From Fidelibacterota bacterium (GTDB lineage: Bacteria; Fidelibacterota; Marinisomatia; SCGC-AAA003-L08; JACNLC01): a stretch of 64,000 bases of DNA. Every line of letters starts with the position of its first letter. Within the stretch, counting starts at the first letter, position 1. The stretch lies in assembly GCA_024277615.1 (NCBI GenBank), contig JAJRUW010000054.1, positions 2,944-66,943 on the forward strand. The letters are read 5' to 3'. The notes below the pieces were generated by a model. It worked only from the letters and a program-made list of their open reading frames with translations, did no database searches and was not told where the DNA came from. The position numbers and the translations under genes are program-made. This document shows positions 57,389-64,000 of the stretch, piece by piece.

Positions 57389-57403
57389 GGAGGTGCAGTT
57401 TCA

Positions 57404-58735
57404 ATGAAGTGGATTTTTAAAGTTTTGGTAATAGTCCTGTTAGGAGCTAATTTGCAGGCGGTAGGTGAAGCAGGGGCAATTTTTCTTCTTATCGTCCCCG
57501 GAGCCGCTCCGGCATCTTTGGGAGAGGCCCAGGTGGCAAAAGCAGATGATGCCTACGCAACCTTTTTTAACCCTTCAGGGCTGGCTTTTCAAAGAGGTCG
57601 CGAGATAGCGCTGATGCATGTAAACTGGCTGCCCAACCTGGCAAGAGATCTTTACTATGAGTTTGCAGCCTATCAGCAGCATGTGGAAGGCCTGGGTACC
57701 TTCGGCGGACATTTGGTATTTCTGAATCTGGGTGAACAGATCAGGACCGATGAAAACGGAAATGAAATAGACAAATTCCGCAGTAATATGTGGGCTATCA
57801 CCGGCAGTTTCGGCACTAAAATAACACCCCGCTCTTCGATCGGTGTCAGCGCTAAAATTTTCCATCAGAATCTCATCAGTGTAACAACCGGTGCCGAGAG
57901 CGGCAGCGGTAAATCGACTGATTTGGCCTTTGATATCGGGTATTTACTGAAAATGAAGAAAATGAACTTTGGCGTTTCAATTACGAATATCGGTCCTAAA
58001 ATATCATTTATCGATGCGGCTCAGGCTGACCCGGCACCCACTAACATGCGTATCGGCATTGATGTGGAACTCTTCAATGACGGATTTAATAAAGTCAACT
58101 TCCTTTTTGATACCAATAAACTGTTGGTGGCTTCATATCCCAGCATGGATTGGGACGGTGACGGGCTGATTGGAGGCTGGGACAGCAAAGGTCACGAATC
58201 CCCGGGTAAGGATTATAATAAAAAGGGTGATCTGGAAACCGCTCACACCGATAAAGTATTCAAGGCTCTTATAACATCGTGGCTTGATGATTGGTATTTC
58301 GGTGGGGATATTGATAAGAATTCCGACAGAAAAATTGGCGGTTACCAATGGAACGATCTGGATGGCGACGGAGAAATTTATCAGGGTACCGACTCCAACA
58401 TAAATGGAAATGATTGCCCTCTCTGTGAGCTGTATCAGGATGACACGGGAATCTATAATGATGAGGGTGAAATTGAGAAAGGAACGGGCAAGGACCGTTC
58501 TTTCAGCACTGAATTCAAAGAAATGGTTTACAACTTTGGCATCGAATATTGGTACACCACTTATTTTGCTCTGCGGGCCGGCTATATCTATGATCAGGAA
58601 GGCAAAATAACTGTGCCCACGTTCGGTGCCGGGATTCGATTTGAGAAATACGGATTTGATTTCGGATATACTGCCGCTGACAAGGGACATCCTCGGGGTA
58701 ACACCATGTATTTTTCCCTGAACATGCTATTCTGA
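57404..58735 (+). CDS. PorV/PorQ-family outer-membrane beta-barrel protein with an inserted DxDGDG-loop region
   Basis: Signal peptide MKWIFKVLVIVLLGANLQA. The N-terminal AGAIFLLIVPGAAPASLGEAQVA..DDAYATFFNPSGLA resembles the PorV/LptO and UPF0164 family signature. The C-terminus is aromatic (YFSLNMLF). Confidence 0.55.
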   Translation: MKWIFKVLVIVLLGANLQAVGEAGAIFLLIVPGAAPASLGEAQVAKADDAYATFFNPSGLAFQRGREIALMHVNWLPNLARDLYYEFAAYQQHVEGLGTFGGHLVFLNLGEQIRTDENGNEIDKFRSNMWAITGSFGTKITPRSSIGVSAKIFHQNLISVTTGAESGSGKSTDLAFDIGYLLKMKKMNFGVSITNIGPKISFIDAAQADPAPTNMRIGIDVELFNDGFNKVNFLFDTNKLLVASYPSMDWDGDGLIGGWDSKGHESPGKDYNKKGDLETAHTDKVFKALITSWLDDWYFGGDIDKNSDRKIGGYQWNDLDGDGEIYQGTDSNINGNDCPLCELYQDDTGIYNDEGEIEKGTGKDRSFSTEFKEMVYNFGIEYWYTTYFALRAGYIYDQEGKITVPTFGAGIRFEKYGFDFGYTAADKGHPRGNTMYFSLNMLF

Positions 58736-58744
58736 TCTTTCTCT

Positions 58745-61393
58745 TTGAAGAAATATTTTTTTCTCATTCTGATTTTTACTCTGGTTCAGGCTGATGAGAT
58801 CAGACATTACCTGCCCAGATTAAGACCGTCTGTTGCGTCAACCAACTCCGAACCGACTCAATTAATTGGGCTCATGGTGGAATTCCAGGATGAATCAAAC
58901 GATCCCGACAGCATCCTCACAACCGGTAACGGGCACTTTCTTACCGCTTCCGACAGCAGTAGTTATCAGGACAGGTGCGATGGAGGGTTCTTCGTTGACC
59001 CGCCACCTCACAATACTGCTTATTTCTCAGATCAACTGATGGCCGTAGCCAATTATTATGAGACCGTCTCAAACGGAACGCTCTCAATCGACGCTTACAT
59101 GATTCCAGGTGTCTATCAACTGAACGGTCATATGTCGGAATATGCACTGTCGGATACTGCCCTTGGAAGGCTTTTTGTTGAAAGTGTTGAGCTTGCACGA
59201 GCTGAGATTGAACCGATTTATAGTGAAAATTCTCTCATCGTTGTCTTTCATGCAGGCATCGGTCAGGATTTCACTATGCCTTTTCTGGATCCTACTCCGC
59301 TGGATCTTTCCAGCGCTTATATCGACCCTGAATTACTGGCTGGGCAACCTGCCCTCTATATCAACGGCTATGAGATTGACAGGGGGATTCTGCTGCCCGA
59401 AACGCAAAATCATATCTATTATGACGTGATCGAGGAAATATTTTCGGGCCAGTCGGATTATTGCGATTACCAGCTGGGTATGACCGGAACCTTTGCTTTT
59501 CTTATGGGATATGCCCTTGGTCTGCCGCCTTTGTTTGTGACGGAAGATGGTCCCCCGGGAGTGAGGCAGGGTGATGCAGGAGTGGGTGTTTTCGGTCTGA
59601 TGGACCAGGGCTCAAACAACGGGCGGGGTGTACTCCCGGCACTACCCACGGCCTGGTCGCGTATTCTTAAAGATTGGGCTGCACCGGTGGCTGTTTCCAC
59701 GGCAGCGGATATCGATGTTGGCACAGATCAGATTTACCGGATTGATATCGCCGATTCCGAGTATTTCCTCATCGAAAACAGAAAAAATTTCATCGATGAT
59801 GACATGGATATAGACGATTACCGTTACTCAGACACCTACCAGATTTCAAATAATATACCCGGTCATTATTTCGATGTTTTGCTGGATGTCCTCGGTGATT
59901 CAAGAGTTTTTGTGGACCCGGAAACTCAGGTCATACTCGGCTTTGACTCCTATGATTACGGCTATCCCGGTTCCGGTCTTTTGATCTGGCACATCTCTGA
60001 ACCGGATCCTGACAGCCTCTTTTCAGGTATCAACAACGACCGCTTGAATCGAGCCATTCAGCTGGAAGAAGCAGACGGCGCCGTGGATATCGGCTTTCCC
60101 ACTACCGCTCTGTTTGCAGACCCGTCCAATGGATGGTCGTGGGATATGTGGTATGCCAATAATGAAGCCTATTTTTTCGCCAATCCGGCCGAAGAGCTGG
60201 AGAACCCCGACAGACTGCTGCGGTTTGCAAATCTGACCAATCCCAATACACGTTCTCATGAAGGAGCCGAATCTCTGATCAGTATCGATAATATCGGTCC
60301 GGCTGGAGACAGTGTTCATTTTCAATTTAACCGCTCCGGTGATGTCCCCGTAATTGAATTGGGGAGCAGTAATATCACCGTAGTCGGTTCCGCCTATTCA
60401 AGCGAGGATTCAAGCGCCACCGTTTTCTATCTGCAGGGGGACCAATTATTCAGTCTGAGCGCCACGACCCTTGACTCAGTGATTACAGGTGAAGAACTTA
60501 TCAGGGTTTTGTCAAATCCATCCTGTGGTGATACAATTATGATCGCTGCAGACCAGCTTGACACAATTTGGTTGGATGACGACTGTGAACGGGTTGATGA
60601 AGGACTTTCCCCAAGAGGCGTCATCGTCCCCCGGGGAATGATAAATTCTTTGGATGATATAGCTTTTACGGACTTGCAGACACAGGCCCTGGGGGATGTG
60701 GACGGAGACGGACTGGACGAATTGATTAATGTTGATGACGGCAATTTATTTGTTCTAAACGGCAACAACACTTTCGCCGACGGCTTCCCGCTGTATGGTT
60801 CTTTTAGCGGAACTCCGCTCATTGCCGATATCCAGGGAGATGAGTATCCCGAGATCATCTGCAGAGAAGACAACCGGTTAGTGGTTATCGACCATACGGG
60901 AACGATTGTCAGATCGATTGCATCCATGAACAAACAAGCCGGGTTAAGACTGATCCCGTTTTGGGACAGACAGTACACGGCTTTGGTTGATGGCGCCAGA
61001 CTGTTACTGTTTCCCCTCGATTTCCCCCGCAGTTATTGGCTGGAATATCACGGGAATTCGTCGAATTCGGCAATTGTACTGGGTGAGCATATTGCCGCTA
61101 CCGCCGCCCTCTCCGGGATAGACCTCCAACGAACTTATAACTACCCCAACCCGGTTACGGGTACAATGACGGTTTTTCGATTTTTTACCGGAGCAGATGT
61201 TCAGAGAGTTGACATCCTGATCTACGATGCCGGGGGATTTAAAGTCGCCGACTTGAAAAAAACGGACCTAACGCAGAATGAATATAATGAGATCCGTTGG
61301 GATGTCCGGGGGTTGGATGCAGGTGTTTATCTGGCCGAGGTCCGCCCTGACCGGGGAGAGTCCAAGCTCGTAAAAGTGGCCGTAATCCATTAA
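58745..61393 (+). CDS. Secreted M6 (immune inhibitor A)-like domain protein with a degenerate zinc site, FG-GAP/VCBS-like repeats and a T9SS-type C-terminal sorting domain
   Basis: Signal peptide with a TTG start. GTFAFLMGYALGLPPLF aligns with the M6 motif FAHEYGHDLGLPDEY. Also present: QLEEADGAVDIG, DVDGDGLDELI, and a C-terminal NYPNPV...ILIYDAGGFKV...GVYLAEV...KVAVIH. Confidence 0.65.
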   Translation: MKKYFFLILIFTLVQADEIRHYLPRLRPSVASTNSEPTQLIGLMVEFQDESNDPDSILTTGNGHFLTASDSSSYQDRCDGGFFVDPPPHNTAYFSDQLMAVANYYETVSNGTLSIDAYMIPGVYQLNGHMSEYALSDTALGRLFVESVELARAEIEPIYSENSLIVVFHAGIGQDFTMPFLDPTPLDLSSAYIDPELLAGQPALYINGYEIDRGILLPETQNHIYYDVIEEIFSGQSDYCDYQLGMTGTFAFLMGYALGLPPLFVTEDGPPGVRQGDAGVGVFGLMDQGSNNGRGVLPALPTAWSRILKDWAAPVAVSTAADIDVGTDQIYRIDIADSEYFLIENRKNFIDDDMDIDDYRYSDTYQISNNIPGHYFDVLLDVLGDSRVFVDPETQVILGFDSYDYGYPGSGLLIWHISEPDPDSLFSGINNDRLNRAIQLEEADGAVDIGFPTTALFADPSNGWSWDMWYANNEAYFFANPAEELENPDRLLRFANLTNPNTRSHEGAESLISIDNIGPAGDSVHFQFNRSGDVPVIELGSSNITVVGSAYSSEDSSATVFYLQGDQLFSLSATTLDSVITGEELIRVLSNPSCGDTIMIAADQLDTIWLDDDCERVDEGLSPRGVIVPRGMINSLDDIAFTDLQTQALGDVDGDGLDELINVDDGNLFVLNGNNTFADGFPLYGSFSGTPLIADIQGDEYPEIICREDNRLVVIDHTGTIVRSIASMNKQAGLRLIPFWDRQYTALVDGARLLLFPLDFPRSYWLEYHGNSSNSAIVLGEHIAATAALSGIDLQRTYNYPNPVTGTMTVFRFFTGADVQRVDILIYDAGGFKVADLKKTDLTQNEYNEIRWDVRGLDAGVYLAEVRPDRGESKLVKVAVIH

Positions 61394-61450
61394 TCATCCG
61401 GACAGGTGAAAACAATTTATCGAACCATCCTACCCTGCATTTTTATCCGT

Positions 61451-64000
61451 ATGCTCAGGTCAATTATTCTGATTTTGGTTTTATTTCCGGTTGTGGCAGA
61501 GTCGCAGGGTTGGTATAATCATCCTGAGCTGAATTGGCAGACCTTTGAGACAGAGCATTTTATTCTTCATTATCATCAGGGTACCGAGCGCAGCGCCCGT
61601 GAAGCGGCCGTCGTCGCTGAAAAAGTTTATGGCCCCATCACCTCAATTTATCAGTTTGAGCCCGATTCCAAAACTCATTTGATAATTCAGGATACCGATG
61701 ATTATTCAAATGGAGCCGCCTATTACTATGATAATAAAATTGTCATCTGGGCCTTGCCGCTTGATTTTGATCTGCGGGGCTCGCACCGCTGGATACAGAA
61801 TGTTATCACACATGAATTTACGCATATTGTACAGATCGGGTCGGCCATGAAACTCCCCCGTCACATTCCAGGTGTTTATCTTCAATATATGGGCTATGAA
61901 AAAGAAAAACGACAAGATGTACTGTATGGCTTTCCCAACAGTATCATCTCTTATCCCCTGCCCGGTACGGCTGTCCCGCCCTGGCTTGCCGAAGGAACCG
62001 CCCAGCACATGTTCAAAGAGGCAAAATTTGATTTCTGGGATTCTCACAGAGATATGATCCTTCGTGATAAGTCCGTATATAATGCGGTTTTCAGTCTGGC
62101 GGATATGAATACCTTCGGCAAACGGGGCTTTGGGAATGAATGCACCTATGACCATGGCTTTGCTTTTGTTGAATATCTCGTAAACAGGTTTGGAGAAGAT
62201 GTCCTGCGGAGAATTTCACAGTCCCTTAAAAAACCCTATAATTATTCGATCCGGAAGGCTCTTAAAGACGCAACCGGGACGGACGGATTGTTATTGCATG
62301 CGGATTGGGTGGAGCAGATGTATCGAGAGTACAGCAGCGAACTTTCCTCTGTGACCGCACTTGAAGTGAAAGGCAAGGTTATAGAGTCGGAAGGAACAAC
62401 CAATCTGCATCCGGTGTGGGCACCCGATGGTAAAAGATTTGCTTTTCTTTCAAATCGGGATAATGATTATTTCGGACAGACGGACCTGTTTATTTATGAT
62501 TTTTCCGATTCTTCTGCTAAAAAGATAATGAGTGGCGTCCAGACGGCGCCCGTCTGGTTAAACGATTCCACACTGGTTTACACCAAAAGAGGAAAACCCA
62601 ATAAAAACGGGTCACGTTATTTTGACCTGTATCGCTATACCCTGCAGGATGAAGACGAAGAACGTCTTACCTTTGATATGCGCCTGACTTCCCCGGTTTT
62701 TAATCCGCTGGAAAATCGAATTGCGGCCATTACAACCTACGACGGGACCTCCAACGTGATGATAAGTGATGCCGACTCGATTGATTTCAAGCCCCTCACT
62801 CATGAAGCCAATGGCCTGCAGATGTTTTCACTAAGCTGGAGCGGCAATAGATTATTGGTTGATGCGGTTTTCGATCAGAGCAGATCCTTGTACGAAATAG
62901 ATGCTTCCGGAAAACTCACTCGTCTTTCCGATGAAAATTGGGATACCAGAGATCCGCAGGAAAATAACGGAATAAGTCTGGCAGCACGAGATAAGTCCGG
63001 AATTTTCAATCTTTATGCCAGCATGGCCCGGGGAGAGGGGTATATTACAAATGTTGTCGGCGGGGCATTTATGCCGGATGTATCGAATGACGGGAAAATC
63101 CTCTATAGTTTGTATGAGAACAGCCGTTACAATATTGCCCTGCTCGATACGATGGTTTTGCTACCAGAAGCCGATGTGGGTTATACTCCTGAATATTATC
63201 GCTCAAATCCTTCCAGTGAGCTCATCGATGAAGGATCATCCGCAGAAGCAGCACCCTATACGGATACGATGTCGAAACCGTTTTTTCTGCCCCGTCTGAT
63301 GGTAGATTACAACACTGTAAAGCCTGGGTTTTATGCCTATGCCAACGATGTACTCGATAAATTGTCCATTTTTAGCGGTGCCTCTTTGAATACGCTGGGC
63401 GATAAAGACCTGTTTCTGCTTTTCGAATTTCGCAAGTACCGTCCGACTTTTTTCACCAATATATACTGGATTTCCCGCAATATCAGTCAGAATCTGATGT
63501 ATAACGGTTATTATCCTGTGGAGAGTGATCTCACGATACAGTTTTTCTCAGCTGATATCGGTGCCAGATTCCCCATCGGTCTGAATAAATTCTGGCTGCA
63601 GTACACCTATACCAACTACCGGGAGATCATCAACCAGGTCATTCGCCAGTCAGATAATACTCTCATCGGGCAGGGCAGGTTATCTTTCGACTATTACAGG
63701 GGGCATCAACTGTCACTGCGCTGGAAACTGAAGATGCGAAAGGCTGAATTCGCAGGGAATATGCTGCCTTCAAATGGCTTTCAGATAAATACCTCAACGG
63801 CCTTTGAATGGAATAACTTTATGGATGGTTTTGGTTTCAATGAGGAGTACAGCACCTATCAGCCTGAATTCAAACCAAATAATACGGCCAGAATCGAAGT
63901 ACAGGCTGAAAAGAACTGGACCCTGAACCATGCACATAAAATTGTCAGCACTCTGGGGACCCGCATCGCATGGCTGAGCAACCATGATATTAACGATTTC
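61451..64000 (+). CDS. Secreted HExxH metallopeptidase-like protein with TolB-like beta-propeller repeats and a C-terminal beta-rich region (3' end outside the window; absent from the ORF track)
   Basis: My own translation is open from GTG 61406 / ATG 61451 to the window end with no stop. It has a signal peptide (MLRSIILILVLFPVVAESQG), the VITHEFTHIVQ motif, and PD40-like repeats (HPVWAPDGKRFAFLSNRD, MPDVSNDGKILYS). Confidence 0.65.
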   Translation, partial: MLRSIILILVLFPVVAESQGWYNHPELNWQTFETEHFILHYHQGTERSAREAAVVAEKVYGPITSIYQFEPDSKTHLIIQDTDDYSNGAAYYYDNKIVIWALPLDFDLRGSHRWIQNVITHEFTHIVQIGSAMKLPRHIPGVYLQYMGYEKEKRQDVLYGFPNSIISYPLPGTAVPPWLAEGTAQHMFKEAKFDFWDSHRDMILRDKSVYNAVFSLADMNTFGKRGFGNECTYDHGFAFVEYLVNRFGEDVLRRISQSLKKPYNYSIRKALKDATGTDGLLLHADWVEQMYREYSSELSSVTALEVKGKVIESEGTTNLHPVWAPDGKRFAFLSNRDNDYFGQTDLFIYDFSDSSAKKIMSGVQTAPVWLNDSTLVYTKRGKPNKNGSRYFDLYRYTLQDEDEERLTFDMRLTSPVFNPLENRIAAITTYDGTSNVMISDADSIDFKPLTHEANGLQMFSLSWSGNRLLVDAVFDQSRSLYEIDASGKLTRLSDENWDTRDPQENNGISLAARDKSGIFNLYASMARGEGYITNVVGGAFMPDVSNDGKILYSLYENSRYNIALLDTMVLLPEADVGYTPEYYRSNPSSELIDEGSSAEAAPYTDTMSKPFFLPRLMVDYNTVKPGFYAYANDVLDKLSIFSGASLNTLGDKDLFLLFEFRKYRPTFFTNIYWISRNISQNLMYNGYYPVESDLTIQFFSADIGARFPIGLNKFWLQYTYTNYREIINQVIRQSDNTLIGQGRLSFDYYRGHQLSLRWKLKMRKAEFAGNMLPSNGFQINTSTAFEWNNFMDGFGFNEEYSTYQPEFKPNNTARIEVQAEKNWTLNHAHKIVSTLGTRIAWLSNHDINDF

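Noticed and set aside
1-64000. Search for CRISPR arrays, transposases, integrases, prophage genes, rRNA or tRNA genes, and toxin-antitoxin or restriction-type defence genes.
   Set aside because: I found no direct-repeat/spacer periodicity, no DDE or tyrosine recombinase motifs and no tRNA-like cloverleaves in the intergenic regions. The only nucleotide-level repeats are the diverged coding repeats at 48.4-49.3 kb.

Overview
The window is a gene-dense (about 90% coding) chromosomal segment from a Gram-negative bacterium. A T9SS-type C-terminal sorting domain, a PorV/PorQ-like outer-membrane protein and a short GlgA-like gene followed by a large lipoprotein gene suggest the Fibrobacteres-Chlorobi-Bacteroidetes (FCB) superphylum, possibly an uncultivated lineage. 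This placement is inference only. All three stop codons terminate well-conserved genes, so the code looks standard. Most of the window is housekeeping: pdxST, dxs, tilS-hpt-ftsH-folP, prfB-lysS, mtaB, purNH, mreBCD-mrdA-rodA, rpiB-glyA and mlaEFD.

The accessory content is:
- **Microcompartment operon (about 28.2-34.6 kb, minus strand).** It encodes 1 BMC-H, 2 BMC-T, 3 BMC-P, an acylating aldehyde dehydrogenase, an RpiB-DeoC (DERA) fusion and a SorC-family regulator. It resembles the sugar-phosphate-utilising (SPU) class. No PduL, alcohol dehydrogenase or acetate kinase gene is present in the locus. The catalytic Cys of its RpiB domain is replaced by Asp.
- **Large secreted proteins.** One is a 1583-aa protein with CapA-like, PKD, FN3, CBM-like and dockerin domains. 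Another is a T9SS cargo related to M6 metalloproteases in which the HExxH motif has degenerated. A third is a 949-aa lipoprotein with a roughly 300-aa acidic, probably Ca-binding repeat array.
- **MacA/MacB-permease/TolC-like efflux operon** with no ATPase gene.

Odd points: single in-frame stop codons interrupt two essential genes about 2.1 kb apart (TAA in ftsH, TAG in prfB), both at positions where homologues usually have Glu. prfB also carries the classical +1 frameshift site. One MBL-fold hydrolase has conserved N-terminal sequence with no canonical start codon. I found no rRNA, tRNA, CRISPR array, transposase or integrase.
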